Sequence record: LC727698.1
Direction: 5' to 3' (one strand)
Length of the DNA: 64,000 nt
The position numbers were made by a program, and so were the translations under genes. The notes below the pieces were generated by a model, which was not told the DNA's origin, searched no databases, and was given only the letters and a program-made list of their open reading frames with translations. Of this stretch, positions 18,096 to 26,764 are shown piece after piece; the stretch's first letter is position 1; each line of letters starts with the position of its first letter.

Positions 18096-18626
18096 ATGTC
18101 TAGCATATATAGTAAGTTAAAAGATATAATAATTATCGATGTGGAAGCTAGTGGATCGTATCCTATAGAGATTGGATTTATAACTAGTTCGGGCAAAATA
18201 GAATCTAATTTAATAAGAAGACACCATTCTTGGTTATCTTGGGACTATAGAGCAGAAAGAAAAGTCCATAAAATTTCTAAGAATATGCTTAGCTCGCACG
18301 GAATAAGTGTCAGGAATGCTTGCACATGGTTAAATGAGTCGTTATGCGGAAAGACTGTATATTCTGATTGCGCACAAAATGATAATAAGTGGTTGCGTGC
18401 ATTATTTTCTGCAGGAAACTGCGGGCAGAATTTTAGAGTATTAGATACTAACAATCTAATACCGCAGTATCCGAAACGGTTTTATAATGAAAAATTTTTA
18501 GAATTTAAGAGAAAGAATTATAAATTAACTCAACAACACAGAGTAGATTCAGATGTTTTAGTAATTAAAGATTCTTTATTGGAACTAGCAGAATTGGAAG
18601 AGTTTATTAATGAGCAGTTTAACTGA
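18096..18626 (+). CDS. DEDD-family 3'-5' exonuclease-like protein
   Basis: IIIDVEASG..PIEIG (ExoI), YSD....D..WL (ExoII), HRVDSDV (ExoIII). Confidence 0.75.
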   Translation: MSSIYSKLKDIIIIDVEASGSYPIEIGFITSSGKIESNLIRRHHSWLSWDYRAERKVHKISKNMLSSHGISVRNACTWLNESLCGKTVYSDCAQNDNKWLRALFSAGNCGQNFRVLDTNNLIPQYPKRFYNEKFLEFKRKNYKLTQQHRVDSDVLVIKDSLLELAELEEFINEQFN

Positions 18627-18789
18627 TATAAAAGAATTGATAGAAAAGAAGAGCATTAATATAACCATACTAGAATTTTCTGGCTGGTACTTAAAGACTA
18701 ATATTGGTATTTTTACATTAATAGGAGACCAGTATTATAAAGATGGAACACCTATTTCTAAAAAAGAAATTGAGGAACTTCTAAAATGA
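18610..18789 (+). CDS. Small hypothetical protein (59 aa), below the ORF-track cutoff
   Basis: MSSLTDIKELIEKKSINITILEFSGWYLKTNIGIFTLIGDQYYKDGTPISKKEIEELLK; fills the gap; ATGA overlap with the next gene. Confidence 0.65.
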   Translation: MSSLTDIKELIEKKSINITILEFSGWYLKTNIGIFTLIGDQYYKDGTPISKKEIEELLK

Positions 18790-19073
18790 AACGAGTTGCA
18801 TTATTGATACCATTGTGTGTTTTATATGGTTGCAGTTCTAATCCATACGAAAACAATATAGTCAATAATGCAACTCGTTATGTAACAGTAGAAACACCAG
18901 AAACAATAAGCAGAAACATTGCAAACCGATATGTATTAAATACCGATGAATTTCCTGCAAAACCCCACGACACATATAAAATGTATGGCGAACAAATTAA
19001 ATCTACCTTTAGGGGAAATGCAAGAAGATTAATAGAATCTACTATTATTTCTATATTTAGAAATAATAGATAA
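18786..19073 (+). CDS. Putative lipoprotein (95 aa)
   Basis: MKR + hydrophobic stretch + lipobox VLYG-C. Confidence 0.7.
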   Translation: MKRVALLIPLCVLYGCSSNPYENNIVNNATRYVTVETPETISRNIANRYVLNTDEFPAKPHDTYKMYGEQIKSTFRGNARRLIESTIISIFRNNR

Positions 19074-19075
19074 TA

Positions 19076-19504
19076 TTATTTCTTTCTTTTCTTAGATGCT
19101 ACAGGTTTTATTTCGTCTGCTGTATGTTCTGTTTTGGATTCGTTATTAAATGTAGTTTCATTAGAAACAATTGCTTTATTTGTCGGTTTCTCTTCTATTT
19201 TAGAAAAATCTTTACATGCATCCCATTCAAACTCTTTAAAATGTGCAGGACCATCGTATACAACTACTCTTACTTCTTCGATTTTTAAAGTAGGATATAC
19301 TACACCATTTATTTCTACTAAGCCGCAAATTTCAAACTCCTTTAAGAGCGAAGGATCGGTTTGATTAGTTAACACACATCTTCCGGTGCATTTACCTACC
19401 TCTACATTAAATTTTCTATTGCTTATTTGGGATAATATTGTTGCTTTTCCTGCAGGTTCATAAGGAACTTTGGCAAAAAATTTTACTTTATTAAGAAATA
19501 TCAT
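19076..19504 (-). CDS. Hypothetical protein (142 aa), probably late-expressed
   Basis: SD AGGAG; GATAAATA at 19528-19535 on the minus strand. Confidence 0.7.
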   Translation of the reverse strand: MIFLNKVKFFAKVPYEPAGKATILSQISNRKFNVEVGKCTGRCVLTNQTDPSLLKEFEICGLVEINGVVYPTLKIEEVRVVVYDGPAHFKEFEWDACKDFSKIEEKPTNKAIVSNETTFNNESKTEHTADEIKPVASKKRKK

Positions 19505-19615
19505 AATCTTCTCCTAAGTTTATTTAATATTTATCTGCTAATACATTTGACGAAATACATTGAATATTTTAAAATATTGCAAATAAACACGTATAATTCA
19601 GTTTGGGAGTGTAGC

Positions 19616-21799
19616 GTGAAATTAGAATCGGATAATTCTGTAACAATAGAATCTACAAACATGGTAGGTGGAAAATCTTTCACTATTAAAAATAGTCCGA
19701 AAGCCTTTTCTATTCTATCTAACGGGTTATATAAAGATAAAATTCGTGCAATTGTAAGAGAAATTGGGTGTAATGCACGAGATAGTCATGTTGCAGCAAA
19801 TAAATGTGATGTTCCTTTTGAATATCATGTTCCTACTGATTTAGAGCCGTTTTTTAGCATAAAAGACTTCGGTGTAGGTTTAGATTACAACGAAGTAATG
19901 AATATTTATACTACTTATTTTGATTCTACAAAAACACAATCAAATGATTTTATTGGTGCTTTTGGGCTCGGATCAAAGTCACCGTTTTCCTATGTAGATA
20001 ATTTTTCTATAATTTCTACAAAAGATGGAATAACAAGAACTTTCGCTGCATTTATAAGTGAATCTGGTGTTCCGGATATGCTTATGCTAAGCGAAATGAA
20101 AACAAATGAGCCCAACGGAGTTGAAGTAAAGATTCCTGTATCAAATCGGGCTGATTACAAAATTTTTGATAAAAACTGTGTAGATGTATATTCGTGGATG
20201 AATGTGTTGCCAGTAGAAGTAAATGGCCACCATGTATTAAAAACCCCAGAAGTTTTTCTATCTGTAACAAACAGAGCTACAATATATAAAGGCACTAACG
20301 AATCACATAAACTATACGCAAGACAGGGCGGAGTATTATATCCAATTGATATAGAATCTATATCCGAAGAATATCTTGATGATAGCTATGTCCGTAAATT
20401 AGATAATAGAAACTTTTATTCATATTTTGTTGTAATAGATTTTAGTATAGGAGAATTAGATGTATCTGCATCTAGGGAAGAATTATCTTATATTCCGTTA
20501 ACTCAGAAAAATTTATCTACTGCATTAATTGATTTCGTATGTTCCTTTACTAAAGCTATCACAGATGATATAAATTCGAATATAGACGCAGTAACGAAAA
20601 CAAAAGTGTTATATGAATATAAACAGAAATCATTTAATATATTTGTTCCTGATATAAAAACATTAACCAATATCATATATGCCAATATTTCGGATTCTGT
20701 AGAGATAGGTCAAGTATATATACCGATATCTGAAGTAAAAGCATTGTTTACCAATGTTAACTATTATACACTGGATTATGGTATTTTTAGGAAGGCAAGA
20801 TTTTTAGTTACATACTATAAACATCTAAGTACAGGTGAAATAAAAAGATATAGAAATTATACTTCCAGTGCCTCATACGAAGGTATAACATATATTTCTG
20901 ATAATATAGCAATTGACGATAGTAATACTGTAAAATATTTTATAATAGATGATAATACATCGACAAGAGCAATAAGAGACTATATATCGAATATTTACAG
21001 AGCACGGTGTAAAGTTATAATTTGTAAAAATAAAAATGGAAAAATAAAAAGAAACGATATATATAATTTCGCAAGAAAATATTATATTTCTAAATCGCAA
21101 ATTATATTTTCGTCTGATCTAAATATTCCTGTTATTCCTAAGCAAAATAACAGAATCAAAAAAGAAGATGAAGAATGTATTTTGTTATGCAGAAGTTTTA
21201 ATATATGGAAAGAATCGATAGTAAAGCTGTCTGATATAAAGGATGATTGCTATTATGTAGAATTTTCTGGATGGAATATGACTACTGATTTGTCTGATTC
21301 GGATATTACTGCACTTACATTATATCATTCTAAACCAATATACGGGGTAAGAAAGATAACCTTAGATCAAGTCAAGAAAAATAAACATTTTATTCCTATT
21401 ACTGATCATGTAATAGATGAAATGTATAATAATGTTAAGGATGTTATAAAACAGTGTAGACCAGATTCTACTTATTCCGATGTAGACAAATTGCTTTATT
21501 ATATAAATTCTGCAAACTTAAAGGACTCATTAACAAATACTGAAATAAAAGATTATGAAAAATACAAAAATACTTATAAACCGATTAGTGAGTCGTCGAT
21601 TAAAAATATCATACGACATTTAGATACAGAAAAACTAGATAATCAATTAAAAATAATACATAAACGCGCCAGCCGGTACGAAAATATTCTATCTAAGTAT
21701 CCGCTTATTGAACACGTCAATTTAAGTAAAGTAGGTATAATACACGTAGTGAATTATATGAATATGATAGATAACAACGGAGAATCTAAAAATGACTAA
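19616..21799 (+). CDS. rIIA: RIIA-like protein (N-terminal GHKL/Hsp90-type ATPase)
   Basis: AFSILSNGLYKDKIRAIVREIGCNARDSH, IKDFGVGL, GAFGLGSKSPF; GTG start after GGGAG; upstream of rIIB. Confidence 0.9.
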   Translation: MKLESDNSVTIESTNMVGGKSFTIKNSPKAFSILSNGLYKDKIRAIVREIGCNARDSHVAANKCDVPFEYHVPTDLEPFFSIKDFGVGLDYNEVMNIYTTYFDSTKTQSNDFIGAFGLGSKSPFSYVDNFSIISTKDGITRTFAAFISESGVPDMLMLSEMKTNEPNGVEVKIPVSNRADYKIFDKNCVDVYSWMNVLPVEVNGHHVLKTPEVFLSVTNRATIYKGTNESHKLYARQGGVLYPIDIESISEEYLDDSYVRKLDNRNFYSYFVVIDFSIGELDVSASREELSYIPLTQKNLSTALIDFVCSFTKAITDDINSNIDAVTKTKVLYEYKQKSFNIFVPDIKTLTNIIYANISDSVEIGQVYIPISEVKALFTNVNYYTLDYGIFRKARFLVTYYKHLSTGEIKRYRNYTSSASYEGITYISDNIAIDDSNTVKYFIIDDNTSTRAIRDYISNIYRARCKVIICKNKNGKIKRNDIYNFARKYYISKSQIIFSSDLNIPVIPKQNNRIKKEDEECILLCRSFNIWKESIVKLSDIKDDCYYVEFSGWNMTTDLSDSDITALTLYHSKPIYGVRKITLDQVKKNKHFIPITDHVIDEMYNNVKDVIKQCRPDSTYSDVDKLLYYINSANLKDSLTNTEIKDYEKYKNTYKPISESSIKNIIRHLDTEKLDNQLKIIHKRASRYENILSKYPLIEHVNLSKVGIIHVVNYMNMIDNNGESKND

Positions 21800-22535
21800 T
21801 GCAATTCCATATATTATTAGAAAAGATAGTGTAACGGTGGTATTAACTGATACTCCGTATATCATAAGGGAATCTGATAAAAAATATAAAAAAGCAATTA
21901 AATTTATAAAAGCCGAACAGTGGGATGAATTAAAGAAATTAATTGATGTTAAAAATCATATTTCTGAATTCCTGAATGGTAAAATTAAAGTAGTCCGCGG
22001 TCGGTTTGAGTATAATGGCCAGGTAATTCATAATTCCTTAACTAAACGGATTATGCAAATGCATTCTGACGGTTTTCCAGTAGACCCGATGATTAATTTC
22101 CTTGTAAATTTAATGGAAAATCCTAGTTTTACTGCGGTTAATGGTTTGTATGATTTCTTAGAAACAAATAATCTTCCTATTACTACTGACGGATTCTTTT
22201 TAGCATACAAACGAATTCGTGAAGATTATACTGATGTAAGAACTGGCACAATAGATAACAGCGTAGGTAAAGTTGTTTCTATGCCAAGAAATGAAGTACA
22301 AGATAACAGCAATATTACTTGCGCTCCTGGATTGCATGTATGTTCGCGCGAATATCTACAACATTTTAGTGGTGAAAAGGTAATATTAGTAAAAGTAAAT
22401 CCTAAAGATGTGGTGTCTGTTCCTAAGGATTATAATTTTTCTAAAATGCGTACTTGTAAATACGAAGTAATATCCGAGCTGTCGTTAGAAGATGCGTTTG
22501 AAGATATTGCATCTAACAAGCCAGTTCACAGTTAA
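21792..22535 (+). CDS. rIIB: RIIB-like protein
   Basis: LYDFL....LPITTDGFFLAYKRI, GKVVSMPRN.V.D....TC..GLHVCS, VKVNPKDVVSVP.DY...KMRTCKY.V. Confidence 0.92.
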   Translation: MTNAIPYIIRKDSVTVVLTDTPYIIRESDKKYKKAIKFIKAEQWDELKKLIDVKNHISEFLNGKIKVVRGRFEYNGQVIHNSLTKRIMQMHSDGFPVDPMINFLVNLMENPSFTAVNGLYDFLETNNLPITTDGFFLAYKRIREDYTDVRTGTIDNSVGKVVSMPRNEVQDNSNITCAPGLHVCSREYLQHFSGEKVILVKVNPKDVVSVPKDYNFSKMRTCKYEVISELSLEDAFEDIASNKPVHS

Positions 22536-22548
22536 TAAAACTGTACAT

Positions 22549-22575
22549 AAAAAGGGATGCATTGCATCCCTTTTT
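22549..22575 (+). terminator. Intrinsic terminator after rIIB
   Basis: AAAAAGGGATGC-ATT-GCATCCCTTTTT. Confidence 0.85.
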
Positions 22576-22618
22576 ATTTTATTATAAAATATGTTACTAT
22601 CCTTTAATGGTATAAAAT

Positions 22619-24640
22619 ATGAAAAATTATTTGTTAACTGTACCTGTCAATTCTAATGTAGATTATACTAAACTAGATATACACGATTTTGTTCCTGCAA
22701 TAAAAGAATTAACAACTAGATTATTTTATAACACAGGTGTAACACTTCAAAAAGAAACTATTTTGTTTAATGATTTGGTAGTATCCGAAGATGCTAGTCG
22801 ATTAGCATTTATTAATAGCATTTTGCATAATCTATTGAATACCTGCTCTACTACTGAGTTAGAAAATATTGCAGATGAGTGTGATACTATTTGCACAGAA
22901 TACTATAATAATTCTAGAATCGCATATTCTGAAAGAGAATACAATGCATATAAAAATATAAAAAATAATGAATCTTATTTTTCAAGTCTAAAATATTATG
23001 AACAAAAATATGTGATTGATGCCATAGAATATTACGAAGAAGAATCTGATATTAATTTCTCGCATGATACAAAAATATACCTATCATCTTTATATTCAAA
23101 ACTTAATAAAGCACAGCAGAATTTTTCTAATAATATAATAAAACATACTGCAAAAAACAGGTATTACTTTGAACACGATTTCCAAGTTGAAGGTATACCA
23201 GATAACATAAAAGATATAATGCGGGAGAATGCAAGGGCAGACGGTCATGAATCTGGATATGTAGCTACAACTGAACACTACATCTACACAGCTATAATGC
23301 AATATTGTTCGTACGAGTATACTAGAAAAACAATGTTAGAAGCTTTTTATGTAGCTAGTAACGGCGAATATAGCAATACAACTAATATAACAGATATTGT
23401 ATCTATTAAATCCGAAATAGCAAAATTGTTTGGGTTTAGTACGTTTGCAGAAAAATCATTAAAGCATAAAATGGCAAAAACACCCGATAATGTATTTTCT
23501 GTATTAAATAAATTGAAAGACTTAGTAGTAGATAAAGCATTAGAAGAAGAAAAAGAACTTTTAACTTTCGCTAAATCTAAAGGATACCAACGACCTTCTG
23601 TCCGCGCCGCTGACAGAAATTATTATTCTACTATGAGATTAAAAGAAGAATATAATTTAGACAAAAAGGTTATAGAAGAGTATTATACATATGCCGGTGT
23701 TCTTCCTTGTATATATGGTGTTATAAAAAAACTTTTTGATGTTACATTTGTAGAAGACCCTAATGCATCTGTGTGGCATGAAGATGTTAAATGCTATAAG
23801 GTATTCGAAGATAGCAAGCATATTGCATATATTTTTATAGATCCGTTTTCTAGGAACGGAAAACAATCCGGGGCATGGATGAATGGTATTATTAAAAGGG
23901 ATTTTGCTTATAATACTACTCTACCGGTTGCAGTAATAGTGACTAATCTGTCAAAAACATCTATTACGTTAGATGATGTACGTACACTCTTGCATGAATT
24001 TGGTCATGCATTACACCATGTACTTACTAAAGTAGAATTTCCTAATTATAATGGAATTTCTGTAGAATGGGATGCAGTAGAATTGCCGAGCCAGTTATTG
24101 GAAAATTGGATTAATGATAAAGAGCTTTTAATTGAAATGTCGTCTCATTATTCTACAAAAGAAAAAATTCCAGAATATATAATTGATAACTGGTTGGCTA
24201 TAGATAATTATATGGCTGCGTCTTCGTTAAGAACACAGTTATTATATTCATTAGTAGATATGAAAATTTTTAATAGCAATGCAAAGACAGATAAAGATTG
24301 TATAGAAATTTTTAATGAAGTAGCAAAAGATTTAAAATTAAACACAGAAGATAATCCGTTTATGCATTTGTTTTTATATTCGTTTTCTCATATATTTTCC
24401 GGAGGATATACAGCAGGTTATTATAGCTATTTGTGGGCAGAAATTATGTCAAGTGATGTTTATTTAGAATTTAAAAATAAAGGAATATATAATATAGAAT
24501 TTGCTAATAAAATTAAAAAAGATATTCTATATGCAGGTTCTATTAATGACTTTGATGTAATGTATAGAACATTAATGGGTAGAGATCCTGACCCAGAATC
24601 TCTGCTAATAGTTAGGGGATTGCAGAATAGCAAAAAATAA
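22619..24640 (+). CDS. prlC: Oligopeptidase A-like M3 metallopeptidase
   Basis: 673 aa; GKQSGAWM, TLLHEFGHALHH (HExxH), WDAVELPSQLLENW, FSHIFSGGYTAGYYSYLWAE, GRDP..E.LL. Confidence 0.92.
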   Translation: MKNYLLTVPVNSNVDYTKLDIHDFVPAIKELTTRLFYNTGVTLQKETILFNDLVVSEDASRLAFINSILHNLLNTCSTTELENIADECDTICTEYYNNSRIAYSEREYNAYKNIKNNESYFSSLKYYEQKYVIDAIEYYEEESDINFSHDTKIYLSSLYSKLNKAQQNFSNNIIKHTAKNRYYFEHDFQVEGIPDNIKDIMRENARADGHESGYVATTEHYIYTAIMQYCSYEYTRKTMLEAFYVASNGEYSNTTNITDIVSIKSEIAKLFGFSTFAEKSLKHKMAKTPDNVFSVLNKLKDLVVDKALEEEKELLTFAKSKGYQRPSVRAADRNYYSTMRLKEEYNLDKKVIEEYYTYAGVLPCIYGVIKKLFDVTFVEDPNASVWHEDVKCYKVFEDSKHIAYIFIDPFSRNGKQSGAWMNGIIKRDFAYNTTLPVAVIVTNLSKTSITLDDVRTLLHEFGHALHHVLTKVEFPNYNGISVEWDAVELPSQLLENWINDKELLIEMSSHYSTKEKIPEYIIDNWLAIDNYMAASSLRTQLLYSLVDMKIFNSNAKTDKDCIEIFNEVAKDLKLNTEDNPFMHLFLYSFSHIFSGGYTAGYYSYLWAEIMSSDVYLEFKNKGIYNIEFANKIKKDILYAGSINDFDVMYRTLMGRDPDPESLLIVRGLQNSKK

Positions 24641-24731
24641 TAAATTTTGCTACATATATAAAAAGCTATGTAACGCTATGCTATTTGGCTTTTGTTGCAT
24701 TTTATAGCACAAAAACCCCATAAAAATAGCC

Positions 24732-24760
24732 TAGACAAGCAACTGTAAACACTGTATAAT
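24732..24760 (+). promoter_or_regulatory. Sigma70 promoter
   Basis: TAGACA-17 nt-TATAAT. Confidence 0.7.
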
Positions 24761-24787
24761 TGCTTTATTATAGTAAGGGATAAAATA

Positions 24788-25084
24788 ATGAACATTCATT
24801 TATCTTTTAAGGAACAACTTTCTAAGCTAATTGATGAAAACATAAATAAATACCCCGATGCTATAGATTGGATAGTATCTCAAATGGCTTTAATAGATAT
24901 TGAATCTAAAAAGACAAAAGCAGAATCTATTATGGAAGCTCTTATAGGTGATACTGAATTTTTTAATAACCCTATAGAACAGGGTGGAAGTAATAAAGAT
25001 TTTATAGTGTGGTATGTAACTAAATATAATTGTACTACTAAATACGCTATAGAACGGTTACTTCATTATTGTAAACAGAATTAG
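24788..25084 (+). CDS. Hypothetical protein (98 aa)
   Basis: SD AAGGGA; downstream of a sigma70 promoter. Confidence 0.7.
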   Translation: MNIHLSFKEQLSKLIDENINKYPDAIDWIVSQMALIDIESKKTKAESIMEALIGDTEFFNNPIEQGGSNKDFIVWYVTKYNCTTKYAIERLLHYCKQN

Positions 25085-25199
25085 CCCTTAGGACCGCCAA
25101 ATGTTTTGGCTTAAGGCGCACCGGTGCTGCATCGGAGCTTAGTGATTCGCTACCACAAAAGCATAAGCAGCTAGGAGACTTAAAACGTCTCCTATTTTT
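25083..25199 (+). ncRNA. Candidate ~115-nt structured RNA (pseudoknot) ending in an intrinsic terminator
   Basis: GC-rich intergenic segment; hairpins GCCAAA/TTTGGC and CCGGT/ATCGG; loop GCTGC complementary to downstream GCAGC; terminator TAGGAGAC/GTCTCCTA followed by T5. Confidence 0.6.
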
Positions 25200-25220
25200 A
25201 TATATACAGGAGTAAAGTAT

Positions 25221-25412
25221 ATGAATAGCGATTATGCCTCTATGTTTATAGTAATATTTGCCATATTAGTTGTGTTTATTTGTAAACCGACAACATTTAA
25301 TGAGCCTAAAAACACCATCGATACAAACAAAAGCAATGTAGCGAACGACAGTATTCCACTTACAGGAAACATTTCTAGAACACCGGGTATAGGTACAGGT
25401 ATAGGATTATGA
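25221..25412 (+). CDS. Small single-pass membrane protein (63 aa)
   Basis: SD CAGGAG; hydrophobic residues about 7-21. Confidence 0.65.
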   Translation: MNSDYASMFIVIFAILVVFICKPTTFNEPKNTIDTNKSNVANDSIPLTGNISRTPGIGTGIGL

Positions 25413-25636
25413 AAAAGAAAAACCCAATCGAACGCAATCCAGTTGCACATCATGTAAACACATTTAACAAACCTAAAGTAGAAAAAGACAAGACAAAATA
25501 CTCTAGGAAACAAAAACACAGGACTAGGAATAGTCCTGATTTTTTTATGTATAATATATTGACAGATATTGTATTTGGAATATACAATATGCATAACAAG
25601 GAGTGTTATTGTGGCAAAAACGAAACATATTTTTAA
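25409..25636 (+). CDS. Small basic ArfA-like peptide; ORF interrupted by an internal terminator (non-stop product of about 46 aa)
   Basis: NPVAHHVNTFNKPKVEKDKTKYSRKQKH resembles E. coli ArfA [21 protein letters not shown]; terminator at 25519-25546 precedes the stop. Confidence 0.6.
   Translation: MKKKNPIERNPVAHHVNTFNKPKVEKDKTKYSRKQKHRTRNSPDFFMYNILTDIVFGIYNMHNKECYCGKNETYF
25519..25546 (+). terminator. Intrinsic terminator inside a coding frame
   Basis: CAGGACTA-GGAA-TAGTCCTG-A-TTTTTTT (8-bp stem, GNRA loop, T7). Confidence 0.8.
25559..25588 (+). promoter_or_regulatory. Sigma70 promoter
   Basis: TTGACA-18 nt-TACAAT immediately after the internal terminator. Confidence 0.6.
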
Positions 25637-26729
25637 AGTTCCAGATTATTCTCTTTTAAAATTAGATTCTAAGACATATACTAAGGATTATAGGAATGCA
25701 ATTTGGTATTTGCATTATGAAGCATCTGCTGCTACTCTTAAATCTGCAACACTAAAATGGATTAAAAATAATACATCTTATGATGTAAAAGATTTATCTT
25801 CGTTGAGTGATTCTGATTTTTCTATTATCGGAAAATATTGTACTATATTAAATGCCGGCGGACAACTTCCTAGTCATGCTAATTTCGTCGAATCACACAT
25901 AGACAAGATATTTCAATCTATTAAAAAAGAAGAAATTACAGAAATTGTCGAAGAACCAGAACCTAAAATAGAGCATGATAGTTGCAAAGTTAAAAAAATA
26001 AGTATACAGGATAGAATTAAGAGCCAGGCATATAAAGCTTGCGGAGAAATTGAAGGATTAATAGATCAATTTTATAGTAATCCTAGTGAGTTTGTAGTAT
26101 CCCAGCAAGAAATAGAATCCTTATTTAAAAAATCAGAAATAAAATCCCATCATGTAAAATATATTACTGAAATATATAGCACCAATAAAAAAGAATTAGA
26201 GGAGCTTTCGGCAGGAAAATCCGAACAGTTAAACGAAGGTTATAATTTTTTAACTAAACGGGATATAAACAAAGCCATAAAGCTATTTAATTTAATTATA
26301 GAAACTGCGTCTAGTAGTAAAATAATTACTGTTAAAAAACGAGCTAAAAAACAAAAGCCATTGGATATTTCTAAATTAGTTAAATCATTTAAATATTTAG
26401 AAAAAAGCACAGATCTTAACTTAGAAAGTATTAATCCTGTCCATATTGTTGGTGCAAAAGAAGTATGGGTGTTTAATACAAAAAGTAGAAAGTTAGGAAA
26501 ATATATTGCTTTAGACACTACAGGTCTATCAATAAAAGGAACTACTATAACTAATTTTTCTGAAAAAAGTATAGAAAAAACTATTCGTAAACCAGAAGAA
26601 TATTTTAAAAATATTAAGAAAATTTCTAAAAAGGCAAAAGAAAAATTATTTGTAGATACTAAATCTGTCGAAACTAAACTAAAAGGAAGAACAAACGAGC
26701 ATTGTATCATTCTTGAGGTTATAAAATAA
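25611..26729 (+). CDS. Phage hypothetical protein (about 372 aa)
   Basis: GTG start after AAGGAG; C-terminal INP..IVGA.EVWVFNTKSRKLG.Y....GLSIKGTTI motif recalled from T4-like phages; function unknown. Confidence 0.75.
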   Translation: MAKTKHIFKVPDYSLLKLDSKTYTKDYRNAIWYLHYEASAATLKSATLKWIKNNTSYDVKDLSSLSDSDFSIIGKYCTILNAGGQLPSHANFVESHIDKIFQSIKKEEITEIVEEPEPKIEHDSCKVKKISIQDRIKSQAYKACGEIEGLIDQFYSNPSEFVVSQQEIESLFKKSEIKSHHVKYITEIYSTNKKELEELSAGKSEQLNEGYNFLTKRDINKAIKLFNLIIETASSSKIITVKKRAKKQKPLDISKLVKSFKYLEKSTDLNLESINPVHIVGAKEVWVFNTKSRKLGKYIALDTTGLSIKGTTITNFSEKSIEKTIRKPEEYFKNIKKISKKAKEKLFVDTKSVETKLKGRTNEHCIILEVIK

Positions 26730-26764
26730 ATAGTGTTATCTATATATAGAGGCACTTTATAAAA

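Noticed and set aside
24680-24730. Irregular ~50-nt hairpin after prlC (GCTATTT...AAATAGC)
   Set aside because: AT-rich with several bulges; plausible by chance or as a simple 3' end stabiliser; no further support.
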